Shown piece by piece: positions 36,329-46,844 of a DNA stretch of 64,000 nucleotides. The stretch spans positions 73,619-137,618 of the forward strand of contig CAZIUG010000007.1 in assembly GCA_964542645.1 (NCBI GenBank). The letters run 5' to 3'. The notes under the pieces are model-generated. The model saw nothing but the letters and a program-made list of their open reading frames with translations, did no database searches and had not been told where the DNA came from. The translations under genes were made by a program, and so were the position numbers. Position 1 is the first letter of the stretch, and the number at the start of each line of letters is the position of its first letter. This DNA comes from an uncultured Opitutales bacterium (lineage in GTDB: Bacteria; Verrucomicrobiota; Verrucomicrobiia; Opitutales; UBA2987).

Positions 36329-37144
36329 ATGAGAAAAAAAGAAACCACTAATCCCAAATTCAGTCTACAAGATCGCACCATTGCCGTCATCGGAGCTGCA
36401 TCAGGTATCGGAGAAGCGGTGGCAATAGCCTGCGCCGAGTGCGGCGGAAATGTAATCATCGCTGATCTTGACAATGAAGGTCTCTTTAGGGTTGCAGCTG
36501 AGATTTCGAGCACAGAAGGGAAATGTGAATCCCATGATCTCGATATCTGCGACGAAAAGGGAGTCGGTGAATTTCTCAGAGATGTCGATAGCCGATTTGG
36601 ACTAGATGCAGTGGTGGCCACCCCCGCTCTCAATATTCGACAGCCGATCACAGCCTACTCTAGCGCTGAGGTGGATCGTATTCTGGATGTAAACCTGAAG
36701 GGAGGATTCTATGTCTTGAATATAGCAGGCAAGTTGATGTCTGATCGCGGGAAAGGAAGTATAGTTCTCTTTTCCTCAATTCGTGGCAAGGTAGTCGAAG
36801 CGGGTCAGGGAATTTATGCCGCAACTAAGGGTGCCATCGAACAGCTAGTCCGAGCTTCTTCGGCAGAATTAGGGCCTTCAGGTGTCCGAGTGAATGCACT
36901 TGCTCCAGGAATTGTCACTACTCCCCTGACTCAACAGATCCAATCCAACCCTAATTGGCATGAGGCCTACGCGTCCCACTCGGTTTTCAACCGTTGGGCA
37001 ACTCCAGAAGAGATAGCTTGGCCCACCGTCTTTCTCCTATCTGAAGCCGCCTCCTTCATTACGGGCTCGGTGCTTTATGTTGATGGTGGTTGGACAGCCA
37101 TCGACGGTCGTTTCAATCCACCAAGTATGGAAACCAGTCGATGA
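36329..37144 (+). CDS. SDR family oxidoreductase
   Basis: VIGAASGIGEAVA (TGxxxGxG-type), NALAPG and the catalytic YAATKGA (YxxxK). Size is 271 aa. Confidence 0.88.
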   Translation: MRKKETTNPKFSLQDRTIAVIGAASGIGEAVAIACAECGGNVIIADLDNEGLFRVAAEISSTEGKCESHDLDICDEKGVGEFLRDVDSRFGLDAVVATPALNIRQPITAYSSAEVDRILDVNLKGGFYVLNIAGKLMSDRGKGSIVLFSSIRGKVVEAGQGIYAATKGAIEQLVRASSAELGPSGVRVNALAPGIVTTPLTQQIQSNPNWHEAYASHSVFNRWATPEEIAWPTVFLLSEAASFITGSVLYVDGGWTAIDGRFNPPSMETSR

Positions 37145-37422
37145 CCAATAAAGTTTGATTGGAACAACGACTTGATGCGAAGAAACCCGTCCGTCATCTG
37201 AGATCATGTCTGATTATCTGTGTATCGCAAAGGGAATCGGGCTGGACTAAATTTTGCAGCAATCTTTCGAAAACTGTTGTTATGGAGTAATCTCGCTTCG
37301 ACACACGTATAAACACGAGGATTCTCGACACAGCTTAAACCGAGACTTACCACCAAGAGATCGATCATGTCTTTTCCGCACAACTTGTCGAAGGGCATGC
37401 CGCATCTATTAGAATCTTTCCC

Positions 37423-38313
37423 ATGCCCTACCATAACAGACCTCTCACGCTAAGCGCTATTGTTTGGGCTTTGGTCGCTTCCTTCCTTTGGTCGGGAAAC
37501 TCTGTATCGATAAAATTTGCCTTGGCAGGAGTTCCCCCTCTGGCACTAGCAGGTGTACGATTCATTTTGGGACTGGCAGTGGTAAGCATCTGGATAATGA
37601 GTAGTCGAATCTCTCTAAGAATGACAGGGGGAGAATGGCGATTGCTCGTCCAGTTGACTTTGATCTTCTCCCTCCAGATTCTTTTCCTTAATATCGGTAC
37701 AGATGGCACCACGGGAAGTCGCTCCTCGATTTTAATCTCCTGTCATCCCTTTTTCGTAGCACTTTTCGCACATCTATTTATCCCCGGAGATCGTTTCAGT
37801 GTGCTGAAATTAATCGGAATGGCCCTGTCCTTCATTGGCATCTGTTCCATATTCTGGGAAGGCCTCTTCCTCGGCAATAGACTTCTGTTGGTAGGGGACC
37901 TCTTAGTTTTTGCCAGCAGCCTTCTCCTTGGAGCACGTCAAGTCTATGTGAAGCATCTGACGATGAATATCCATCCCGGAAAGATTCTCTTTTGGCAGGC
38001 GGTTCTCAGTATTCCCATTTTCTTTATTCTTAGTGCAATATACGAGCCGCTAGAAAATATAACTCTGACAACTGGGATTGTTTTAGCCATCCTCTACCAG
38101 GGAGTGGTCATCGCCGGAATATGTTTCATTATCTGGACGATACTCATGCGTGATTTTAAAGCCAGTCGCTTGGGTGTCTTTTCATTCACAATTCCACCTT
38201 TTGGCGTTCTCTTGAGTTATATCTTTCTAAAGGAAGCACTAACTCCAGGAATTTGGATCAGCATGCTCCTAGTTGGTATTGGAGTAGCATTGGTCAACTC
38301 TGAAAAAGAATGA
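37423..38313 (+). CDS. DMT superfamily (EamA-like) transporter
   Basis: About 10 TM helices in two EamA-like halves (LLWSGNSVSIKFAL... and LLGARQVYVKHL...). Size is 296 aa. Confidence 0.85.
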   Translation: MPYHNRPLTLSAIVWALVASFLWSGNSVSIKFALAGVPPLALAGVRFILGLAVVSIWIMSSRISLRMTGGEWRLLVQLTLIFSLQILFLNIGTDGTTGSRSSILISCHPFFVALFAHLFIPGDRFSVLKLIGMALSFIGICSIFWEGLFLGNRLLLVGDLLVFASSLLLGARQVYVKHLTMNIHPGKILFWQAVLSIPIFFILSAIYEPLENITLTTGIVLAILYQGVVIAGICFIIWTILMRDFKASRLGVFSFTIPPFGVLLSYIFLKEALTPGIWISMLLVGIGVALVNSEKE

Positions 38314-39533
38314 AATACTGTATTCTACTACTACCTTGGATCCTAGCCGCCCCTCTTTACGCCCAAGACGATTACGAGCGGGTAATCAGGTCCCGACGAC
38401 ACACAGAGAAAGGAAAAGAATTGACTCGGATTGGGGACGTAAAAGGAGCCATTATGGACTTTGACGAAGCCATTCGGCTCGATGCGGATAATGCTGAAGC
38501 CTACCTCTCTCGAGGCAGAGCCAAGGCCAAACGAAAGGACTTTGACGGCGCCCTTAACGACTATTCGCAAGCGATCGAAACAAATCCAGAACATCCACTT
38601 GCCTATTATGAGCGAAGTCAATCTCACGTTGAAAAAGAAGACTGGGAAAGTGCCCTTGAAGATCTCACCGAGGCAATCAAATTAGACAGCTCAAATCCCG
38701 ACTACTACCGCTCGCGGGCCGCGATCAGACTAAACCGCCATCAGCATACTGAAGCAGTGGAAGATTTTGAACGTCTCGCTAATCTTGAAAAAAACGACCT
38801 GCGGCATCTTCGATCACTAAGCGACGCTAAGTATGCTGCCGGAGATTTCGAGGGTGCTCTCGAGGTCTGTAACAGCTTACTCAGGAAGAATCGACGTTCA
38901 GCCTCAGGTTACGTCCTTAGGGCCAGATTGAAGATTATTAAGGGATTGGGAAAAGGGGCCCATGCCGATTATGATAAAGCGGTAAAATATTCACCTCAAA
39001 GTCCAGAACCTTATTTTTATCGTGGCCTTTTTTTCTATGCTAGAAACCAATTCTCGAAGGCCAGAAATGACCTCTCCGCCGGACTAGAACTGACAATTCA
39101 AAGAGAGAGCTTGGATTATGCAAATCTCTGGCTCTGGATGACCGATGCGCGAATGGGAAAAGTCGTACGGGCCGACGAAACACTGCGAAGATATCGAGAC
39201 GAACGCGAGGAAGAGAAGACCTTTGATTGGCCCGATACAATCACCCGTTTTGTACTTGGAGAGATATCAGAAGAAAAGTTGCTGGTGCTTGCTAAAGACA
39301 CTGATTTGATAAAAGAAAAGGAACAAGTGGCCGAAGCGACTTACTATGCCGCCCAAACACACATCCTGGAAAATCGTTGGGAAGAAGCTTTAAAAAGACT
39401 GAAGACCTGTGTCGCGGCAAACATCCTCCTCTTCTACGAGCATACTGCGGCATTTTTGCAAATCAGCCACGAAAATGATATCCAACGGAGAGAAAATTCG
39501 CGAAGGCAGAGTACTAAACTAGGATATGAGTAG
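38310..39533 (+). CDS. Secreted TPR-repeat protein
   Basis: Signal peptide MKYCILLLPWILAAPLYAQ, then repeated A..D...AI.LD..NA.AY..RG units. The ATGA overlap (38310-38313) with the EamA gene's stop indicates translational coupling. Confidence 0.8.
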   Translation: MKYCILLLPWILAAPLYAQDDYERVIRSRRHTEKGKELTRIGDVKGAIMDFDEAIRLDADNAEAYLSRGRAKAKRKDFDGALNDYSQAIETNPEHPLAYYERSQSHVEKEDWESALEDLTEAIKLDSSNPDYYRSRAAIRLNRHQHTEAVEDFERLANLEKNDLRHLRSLSDAKYAAGDFEGALEVCNSLLRKNRRSASGYVLRARLKIIKGLGKGAHADYDKAVKYSPQSPEPYFYRGLFFYARNQFSKARNDLSAGLELTIQRESLDYANLWLWMTDARMGKVVRADETLRRYRDEREEEKTFDWPDTITRFVLGEISEEKLLVLAKDTDLIKEKEQVAEATYYAAQTHILENRWEEALKRLKTCVAANILLFYEHTAAFLQISHENDIQRRENSRRQSTKLGYE

Positions 39534-39561
39534 TTAATCTTCGAGCCAACCCGGTAGCCAA

Positions 39562-40371
39562 CTATAGGCTTCCAGCAACGACAGGATTTGTTAGGGCTCC
39601 GATTTTTTCAATGATTACAGTAATACTGTCTCCATCCTTAAGGTAGACGGGAGGGTTCTGTGCCATTCCCACACCCTGAGGAGTTCCCGTCATGATCACA
39701 GTTCCGGGTAAGAGAGTTGTGCTCTTGCTAAGGAATGAGATCACCTCAGGGACATCGAATATCATATCGTTGGTATTCGAATCCTGCAAAGTTTCGCCAT
39801 TTAGCACTGTCCGAATCCTTAAAGAATTTGGATCAGGGATATCCTCGGCGGTTACAAGACACGGTCCCAACGGAGCAAAGGTATCAAATCCTTTCCCCCG
39901 ACACCATTGGCCCCCTCCCCATTTTAACTGCCAATCTCGGGCACTAACATCGTTCGCACAGGTATACCCAAGGACGTAATCTAACGCCTCTTCGCGCCCG
40001 ACATCACGGCACGCTTTACCAATTATAACCCCCAATTCGCATTCGTAATCTACCTCTTCACTCTTGCTTTCCCCGCCCGGAAGAATAATCGGGTCGTCCG
40101 GATTTTGCACCGAATTTGCTCCCTTCACAAAAAGAATCGGAAATTCTGGTCGAGCCATTCCAGTCTCGTCCGCGTGCTGTCCGTAGTTTAACCCAATACA
40201 GAGGATGATCGGTGGTGTTACAGGAGCCAACTGTTTCCCAATTATCGCCTCTTGATCCGTAAGCTGATGCTCTCCAAAAATATCCCCTGACAACTCGAAG
40301 AATTTATGGTCCCCCCGTGCTCCAGCAAATTTTTCCTCTCCTTCCCTACTCAGATATCGCATTATAATCAT
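39562..40371 (-). CDS. Fumarylacetoacetate hydrolase (FAH) family protein
   Basis: GLNYGQHADE, YECELGVIIGK and the C-terminal GTVIMTGTPQGVG are FAH-fold signatures. Confidence 0.88.
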   Translation of the reverse strand: MIIMRYLSREGEEKFAGARGDHKFFELSGDIFGEHQLTDQEAIIGKQLAPVTPPIILCIGLNYGQHADETGMARPEFPILFVKGANSVQNPDDPIILPGGESKSEEVDYECELGVIIGKACRDVGREEALDYVLGYTCANDVSARDWQLKWGGGQWCRGKGFDTFAPLGPCLVTAEDIPDPNSLRIRTVLNGETLQDSNTNDMIFDVPEVISFLSKSTTLLPGTVIMTGTPQGVGMAQNPPVYLKDGDSITVIIEKIGALTNPVVAGSL

Positions 40372-40595
40372 AATTACTCTCCTCCCCTTTTCAGACTATT
40401 GAGAATCGATAGACGAATTTGAAAAGAGTCAAGCCGTAGAGCTGTGATATCGGGTTCAAAAATTCGCGATCGTCTCGGGGAAATCCTTTCTTGATACATA
40501 TACTACTTGCTCCTTTTAGAGTGAATTCCCCTTTACATATAATAGGTTTAAAGTCGCTTTTACAAAAAGGAATCTTAAGAAAATAAAGATGTGCG

Positions 40596-42350
40596 ATGAA
40601 AGAGACAAGTGGATATCAAGCAGTAGCATCCCAAGCGGAAATTCTAGTTGGAAAAGCGAAAGTGGTACGATTGGGTGCCCACTCCATCGCGCTATTTCGG
40701 CTCGGAGATGAGATCATAGCGCTCGACAACCGGTGCCCCCATATGGGATTTCCTCTTGACCGAGGAACTGAAAAAGACGGCATTCTCACCTGTCACTGGC
40801 ATCACGCACGCTTTGATATTGGCAGTGGCTGCGCCTTCGACCTTTTCGCGGATGACATTCCTGTCTTTGATACCTTCTGTGAGGATGGGAAGGTGTTCGT
40901 ATCAAAAACCCCTAAGGCAATTCCGGGAGAATCCTACTATGGCCAACGTCTGAAGAAGGGATTGGAGCAGAACATTGGGCTTGTTCAATCGAAGAGTGTC
41001 ATTGGACTTCTCGAATCAAAAACCGAATTCAAAGAGATTGTCAGGCAAATTGCCCGATTTGGGGGTGCCAACCATGAGAATTGGAATGACGGGATGACTA
41101 GCCTTGCTGTGGTAGCGAATCTGTGGCCTGATCTTAGTGACCGCACTCGAATTTTTGCTCTTTCTTATGCAGCTCGACGACTGGCCGATAACTGTGCAGA
41201 TCGGCCTTCTCGCCGAGATCGGAACCAATTAGCCGGCTCTACTTCTTCCCTATTACAATTGAAACGATGGTTTCGAGACTGGCTGGTTGTAAGGCAGAGG
41301 GATGGGGCAGAACGAACTGTCCTTACGGCAGCAGCGATTTCTCCCGGTTCGATGGAGCTTAACGATCTCCTATTTGCTGGAGTTAGTGATCGGATTTTCT
41401 CGAACACGGGTCATACTCTCGATTTCTTCAACAAGGCATTTGAATTACTGGATTTTATTGGCTGGGAAGAAGCCGAAGGAATTCTTCCAACCCTGATGCC
41501 CCAAGCATCCGGAGCTCGCGGTGGAGAAGAACAGAGTTCCTGGAGGTCGCCAGTCGACCTGATTGAAATCATCCGTTCTGTCGAAGCAGAACTTCCGTCA
41601 ATTCTTTCTAACAGAGGAAGAAGCGAAGCGCCCTTGAATCCAAATCTAGAAGGAATCCTCTGGGGAAATAACCCCGCAACTATCACCGAATCGATTGCTA
41701 GCGAAATTGCCAGAGGAGTCAACGTGTTGGCAATTGCGAAACAAGTCTGCTACACAGCTGCAATGCGATTGGTTCGTTTTCCCGAATCGAACGACATCGC
41801 AGATTGGTTTAATCCAGTTCATACATTTAATTTCTCTAACGCGGTCTACCAAAGCCTCAAGCGAGGGGTGACTCCAGATACCGTTAAAGCTATTTTCCAT
41901 GCTGCTATGGCCACCTATAAGGACCGGTTTCTAAATATTCCTGAAGCCCCCCTACCAGGCGACCTCAATAATTTTGAAAATTTGCCTGAAGAACCTGAAT
42001 TATTGCGGGAGCAAATAACAGGACTTCTTGACCATCGCCAGAATCTAAACGCCGTAACCGGTGCTGTGGCCAAATATGTGCGTCTACGCCACCCGCTCAG
42101 CGACTTAATCGATACTCTTGCTATGGCAACTCTAAGAGAAGACCTAGATTTTCATAAGATTCAAGTGCTAGAGGCTGGCGTAAGTCAGGCCCGTCTGTGG
42201 CAGGGCCGCCCGGAAGAAGAGAACATATTTGTTGGGATCGCTCGTCACCTCGCTGCCCATTGCCCAACTCGGAGAGGGGAATCACGCATGACTCAAATTG
42301 CCGTCCGCCTCCAGCGGGACGAAGTGATCTACGATAGTGCGGGTGAGTAG
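40596..42350 (+). CDS. Rieske [2Fe-2S] domain protein with a large uncharacterised helical C-terminal region
   Basis: CPHMGFPL...CHWHHARF supplies the full Cys-His/Cys-His ligand set within aa ~47-72. The remaining ~470 aa contain no motif I recognise. Confidence 0.75.
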   Translation: MKETSGYQAVASQAEILVGKAKVVRLGAHSIALFRLGDEIIALDNRCPHMGFPLDRGTEKDGILTCHWHHARFDIGSGCAFDLFADDIPVFDTFCEDGKVFVSKTPKAIPGESYYGQRLKKGLEQNIGLVQSKSVIGLLESKTEFKEIVRQIARFGGANHENWNDGMTSLAVVANLWPDLSDRTRIFALSYAARRLADNCADRPSRRDRNQLAGSTSSLLQLKRWFRDWLVVRQRDGAERTVLTAAAISPGSMELNDLLFAGVSDRIFSNTGHTLDFFNKAFELLDFIGWEEAEGILPTLMPQASGARGGEEQSSWRSPVDLIEIIRSVEAELPSILSNRGRSEAPLNPNLEGILWGNNPATITESIASEIARGVNVLAIAKQVCYTAAMRLVRFPESNDIADWFNPVHTFNFSNAVYQSLKRGVTPDTVKAIFHAAMATYKDRFLNIPEAPLPGDLNNFENLPEEPELLREQITGLLDHRQNLNAVTGAVAKYVRLRHPLSDLIDTLAMATLREDLDFHKIQVLEAGVSQARLWQGRPEEENIFVGIARHLAAHCPTRRGESRMTQIAVRLQRDEVIYDSAGE

Positions 42351-42387
42351 TGGATGAAAGATTCAAATACCGAGCCGCATTTTTAGA

Positions 42388-43827
42388 GTGTTAGGCAAAC
42401 CAGATTTTTCGGATAGCCCAACACCGAATCCGAATGCGAAAACCGACCCTCGATCTATTCTTGCACTCATGGGCAGTAGGAAAGTGCTCGGGACAGTTAT
42501 TTTATCTATACTGTCGATTTTACTCTTTATTTGGGGCTCGAAGCGTCAAGCATCCCTGGTTAATACTGACTTCAATCTTACTGATCAGTTCGCCTACATG
42601 CAGTACGCAAGAGAACTAGCCAAAAGCAACTTCACTTTCGTGGGCGGGAGGAATCGGATGCCAGTGTATCCTGCCTTGATGTCCTTCTTCTACTGTGAAG
42701 AGATGTCCGACGAAGAGTTCTTCGAGAAAGGCAAGTCGGTGGGTATTGCTTTGGGAATTGTAGTTATCGCATCTGCCTTTCTTATATTCTGTTTGGGTGG
42801 ACACACCGATGACGCGCTTACCGCTACCCTGGTAGCAATGTTCACCGTATTCGTTTTCAAGGCTCCTTATTTTCAAGCAGAAGTCCTCTACTATGGGATC
42901 GGTCTCGCCCTGTTTTGCGTCCTCCTGAAACTAGTCCACCGTCCCAGTCTAAAAATGGCCCTACTGGCAGGCTGTTTAGGCGGAATAGCTCACCTTACCA
43001 AAGCATCGGTGCTCCCGGCCATATTCCTGGCAGCAACGTGTCTAATCGCAAAAGCGGTTAACGGCTTCTTCAGGCAGAGAGCAGAATCCCAAGAAAACAA
43101 AGAACCCGTCTATTCATCCATCGTACTTCCGTCTTGCTGCCTTATTCTTTTGCTCTTCGGATTTCTTATCGTCGTTTATCCTTACATTCAAACCAGCAAA
43201 GAGCAATTCGGGTCCTATTTCTATAATGTAAATTCCACGTTTTATATGTGGTACGATTCGTGGGAGGAGGCTAAAGAGGGAACGAGAGCCCATGGCGATC
43301 GTTTTGGCTGGCCTAATATGCCAGAGGAAGAGATCCCCAGCTTAAGCCGTTACTTTCAAACTCATAGTATAGCCGACATCGCGAAGCGCTTAGTTATTGG
43401 TTTTGCCACCGTTTCCGGGATTAGCTTCGCTCTCTCATTCGGAGCTGGGCCCATTCTCCTTTACTATCTCTCGGTTGTGGTAGGATTTTTTCATCAGAAT
43501 CGTCATGCCCCAGAGCTCCGTCGAATGTGGAAAGAACGCTGCCATACCATTGTATTCATCACCGCATATTTTATTGGATACATAATCCTCTACGCATGGT
43601 ATGCCCCCATAGCCACTGGAAATCGTTTTAATCATTCTCTTTTCTTGCCTGCCATGCTCATCTGCCTCCAGAGCTTTTCTCTTTTTAGACGCCATGGTAT
43701 GTCCATTCGTCTCTTCGGAAAACCCGCGAACCCCACCGTAATTAATAAGACCATACTCCTCCTGATCGGCACATACTTATTAGTTGGATTTCCATGGCTT
43801 GTCTCGACGGTCTACGGAGGTTGGTAG
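42388..43827 (+). CDS. Polytopic membrane protein, possibly a GT-C-fold (ArnT/PMT-like) glycosyltransferase
   Basis: At least 10 hydrophobic helices. The first extracytoplasmic loop has TDQFAYMQYAREL, reminiscent of the DExxY-type loop of GT-C enzymes. It has a GTG start 37 nt after the Rieske gene. The family call is tentative. Confidence 0.5.
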   Translation: MLGKPDFSDSPTPNPNAKTDPRSILALMGSRKVLGTVILSILSILLFIWGSKRQASLVNTDFNLTDQFAYMQYARELAKSNFTFVGGRNRMPVYPALMSFFYCEEMSDEEFFEKGKSVGIALGIVVIASAFLIFCLGGHTDDALTATLVAMFTVFVFKAPYFQAEVLYYGIGLALFCVLLKLVHRPSLKMALLAGCLGGIAHLTKASVLPAIFLAATCLIAKAVNGFFRQRAESQENKEPVYSSIVLPSCCLILLLFGFLIVVYPYIQTSKEQFGSYFYNVNSTFYMWYDSWEEAKEGTRAHGDRFGWPNMPEEEIPSLSRYFQTHSIADIAKRLVIGFATVSGISFALSFGAGPILLYYLSVVVGFFHQNRHAPELRRMWKERCHTIVFITAYFIGYIILYAWYAPIATGNRFNHSLFLPAMLICLQSFSLFRRHGMSIRLFGKPANPTVINKTILLLIGTYLLVGFPWLVSTVYGGW

Positions 43828-43961
43828 GACATTGCTCAAACATTTTGCGAACACCTTGGCTTAAGTCCCAATAGAAACGACCGATAAAATACGGATCTAA
43901 GCCCGTCCCATTTTTCGCACCCTCATTCGTCTTCTCAACTGGTAATTCCCCAAATCTTCCT

Positions 43962-45497
43962 ATGACCCAACCAAGCAATATCGATAGGACCGAATCCCTG
44001 ATTGCCCAAAGCCAAAAATTGGAGAAATTGTTTCGAAACGATCCTCACCGTCCGACCTATCATTTCCTACCGCCTTCAAGCTGGATGAATGATATCAATG
44101 GCGCAATTTATTGGAAAGGACGCTACCACATCTTCTATCAACACAATCCACATGGTGGATACTGGAAATGGATGCAGTGGGGTCATGCGTCGAGCGTTGA
44201 CTTAGTACATTGGGTTCATCACCCCATTGCTCTCACTCCCACCCTCGATGGGCCGGATCGCGACGGCTGTTTCAGCGGCAGCGCCTTTGTCAGTAAGGAA
44301 GGTATGCCAACTCTGATCTACTACGGCGTTCCCGACGGCGAGTGCATCGCAACCAGCTGTGATGACCTGCTGATTCGCTGGACTAAACATCCGGGTAATC
44401 CTGTGATCCCCCAACCCGGCAGTGGTGGCCCCGACTATCAAGTCTGTGATCATGTTCATGATCCATGCGCGTGGCTCGAAGGAGACACCTATTTCGCTCT
44501 AACTAATCGCAGACACCCAAATGGGAGTGGCGACGGTGCATATCTCTTCAAATCGGTTGACTTATTCAATTGGCAGTATTCGGGGCTGTTCTACACTTCG
44601 GACCGACGCTGGACTGAATCCGACGAAGACTGTGCAGTACCCGATTTCTTTCCTTTAGGGGACAGACACATGCTCTTGTTTGTTAGCCATCTACAATCCA
44701 CACAGTACTATCTTGGAAAACTGGAAAACGACCGTTACACCCCTGAAACACACGCCAGAATGAGTTGGCCCGGAGGCCAACTTGGTGGTTCACGCACTCT
44801 CTTGGACAATCAAGGGCGACGCATCTATTTCGACTGGGTCCGCGAGTCGCGAGGAGTAGACCGAGAAAGAGGTTCGGGGTGGTCTGGCGTGATGACCCTT
44901 CCAAGAGTACTTTCTCTTTCCGAGGACCGAACCCTCTGCATCGACCCGGTGTCCGAGCTGAAAATGCTTCGCTTCAATCTCAGAATGCGTGAACACATTC
45001 ACCTCCTTTCGAATTCGGAGATACTTCTGGATGATGTTCGGGGGGATTGTCTTGAGCTGGAAGCAGAAATAGCGGTGGAAGCAAGATCTACAATTGGCTT
45101 CAAGGTCCGATGCTCCCCGGGAGGCGAAGAACAGACAATGATTATGTACGACGATTTAGCTCGAATGTTGAGAATCGATTTTGGCCAATCAACACTCGAT
45201 GAGGATATCAGCTACCCTTACTATCGAAACGTGGATGCGCTTAGTCGGCTACCCAAGAAAAAACAACTGGTAACCGTCCAGGAAGCCCCCTTCGAACTGG
45301 ACGAGAGTGAAACGCTCCACATCCGAATTTTTATCGACCGTTCTCTACTAGAAGTATTCGCAAATCGCCGTCAATGTATTACTCAGCGCATCTACCCAAG
45401 TCGCTCAGATAGCAATCGCATCGCGCTTTTCTCCAAGGGCGGTTCCGCCTATTTTTCTCAACTCAAAGTCTGGGATATGGCTCCCTGTCATATATGA
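43962..45497 (+). CDS. Glycoside hydrolase family 32 (beta-fructofuranosidase / levanase-like)
   Basis: WMNDINGAIYWKGRYHIFYQHNP (GH32 block A, canonical WMNDPNG), WGHASSVDLVHW and FSGSAF. The RDP and ECP blocks read VHDPCAW and EDCAVPDFF, which are variants. Confidence 0.82.
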   Translation: MTQPSNIDRTESLIAQSQKLEKLFRNDPHRPTYHFLPPSSWMNDINGAIYWKGRYHIFYQHNPHGGYWKWMQWGHASSVDLVHWVHHPIALTPTLDGPDRDGCFSGSAFVSKEGMPTLIYYGVPDGECIATSCDDLLIRWTKHPGNPVIPQPGSGGPDYQVCDHVHDPCAWLEGDTYFALTNRRHPNGSGDGAYLFKSVDLFNWQYSGLFYTSDRRWTESDEDCAVPDFFPLGDRHMLLFVSHLQSTQYYLGKLENDRYTPETHARMSWPGGQLGGSRTLLDNQGRRIYFDWVRESRGVDRERGSGWSGVMTLPRVLSLSEDRTLCIDPVSELKMLRFNLRMREHIHLLSNSEILLDDVRGDCLELEAEIAVEARSTIGFKVRCSPGGEEQTMIMYDDLARMLRIDFGQSTLDEDISYPYYRNVDALSRLPKKKQLVTVQEAPFELDESETLHIRIFIDRSLLEVFANRRQCITQRIYPSRSDSNRIALFSKGGSAYFSQLKVWDMAPCHI

Positions 45498-45541
45498 AGG
45501 AAGTAAGGGAAATCACCCAGTAGTAAAGTTAGTTACTTCCT
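45498..45541 (+). terminator. Stem-loop immediately after the GH32 stop
   Basis: AGGAAGTAA (45498-45506) pairs with TTACTTCCT (45533-45541): 9 bp with a 26-nt loop. There is no U tract. Confidence 0.25.
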
Positions 45542-45875
45542 GGTCGAGAGAAGCTCGTAGGCCCTTTTGATCATTCATTGTCTCAAGAACTTAATCATGT
45601 ACACTCGAATTGAAATTATTGTTTAGCTTCCATAAGCGGATCTAGCTATCGCTCCCCTTCGGTCGAGTTTTTTATAAAATGATGGCAATGAATGGACACG
45701 GAACTCCCCCATGCAAACAGTGAAAATAACCCTACAGTAATATCGCTCTCAAATAGCTAAGTCCGAAGCAATCATGGACGGTTCGGTCCCTATCAGAACT
45801 TAACCAATAGTCCGACTTCAAGCCCAGGGTTCCCGTATCTTCGACCCTGCTCTGAGATTTTAGAAACTTTCCAGA

Positions 45876-46703
45876 CTAGGGCAGCCAAGGGAATTTCGAG
45901 AATTCAGGCTTTCTCTTCTTGAGATAGGCCTGATGCCCTTCCCTTCCTTCCTCTGACAGGTAATAGAGAAGAGTGGCATTGCCAGCTAGCTCCTGAATCC
46001 CCGCTTGCCCATCGCAATCAGCATTGAAAGCGGATTTGAGACATCGAATCGCAAGGGGGCTTTTTTCAAGAATCTCACGGGCCCATTTTATCCCCTCGAC
46101 TTCCAGCTCCTCGACAGCGACGACCGCATTGACCAAGCCCATTTCGAGGGCCTCATAAGCGTCGTAACGACGACACAGGTACCATATCTCCCGCGCTTTT
46201 TTCTGCCCTACGATTCGAGCTAAGTAGCTGGATCCGAATCCACCATCAAAGCTACCTACCCTAGGGCCGGTCTGACCAAAGATAGCATTCTCACCTGCAA
46301 TGGTAAGATCGCAGACAACGTGGAGAACATGTCCTCCTCCAATGGAGTAGCCAGCCACTAATGCAATTATTACTTTTGGCATGGAGCGAATTAGACGCTG
46401 TAGATCGAGGACGTTGAGTCTTGGCATACCCGCCTCATCTATATAACCAGCCTGCCCTCGAATAGTTTGATCACCCCCTGCGCAAAATGCATACTTCCCG
46501 TCAGTGTGAGGACCGGCTCCAGTCAAAAGCACTACCCCTATATTCGTATCATCCCGAGCATCCGAAAATGCCTCGATCATCTCGCGGACCGTTTCTGGTC
46601 TAAATGCATTCCGCTTCTCCGGACGGTTAATCGTTACTTTTGCAATACCCTCTATTTTTTCGTAGAGAATGTCACTAAATTCCCCTGCTTTCTCCCATTT
46701 CAT
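45876..46703 (-). CDS. menB: 1,4-dihydroxy-2-naphthoyl-CoA synthase
   Basis: Crotonase fold with [20 protein letters not shown] and the C-terminal [21 protein letters not shown], typical of MenB. Confidence 0.95.
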   Translation of the reverse strand: MKWEKAGEFSDILYEKIEGIAKVTINRPEKRNAFRPETVREMIEAFSDARDDTNIGVVLLTGAGPHTDGKYAFCAGGDQTIRGQAGYIDEAGMPRLNVLDLQRLIRSMPKVIIALVAGYSIGGGHVLHVVCDLTIAGENAIFGQTGPRVGSFDGGFGSSYLARIVGQKKAREIWYLCRRYDAYEALEMGLVNAVVAVEELEVEGIKWAREILEKSPLAIRCLKSAFNADCDGQAGIQELAGNATLLYYLSEEGREGHQAYLKKRKPEFSKFPWLP

Positions 46704-46844
46704 CGAGTTACCTCACTGATTCAAATGCTTGGCAATCCTTTGACAGAACTCCGAGACCGCCAAAAGCACCTTCTTATTGTTAAAATACCGTTCTTTTCAC
46801 CATTCTCAAGGAATCCTTTCAACACCCTGCTAATAATTTATGTC

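Noticed and set aside
45640-45676. Possible intrinsic terminator (CTCCCCTTCGGTCGAG followed by T6) in the GH32-menB gap
   Set aside because: The stem is only 3 + 2 bp with a bulge when paired explicitly. The T-run alone is not sufficient evidence. No sRNA-like structure could be supported in the rest of the 379-nt gap.
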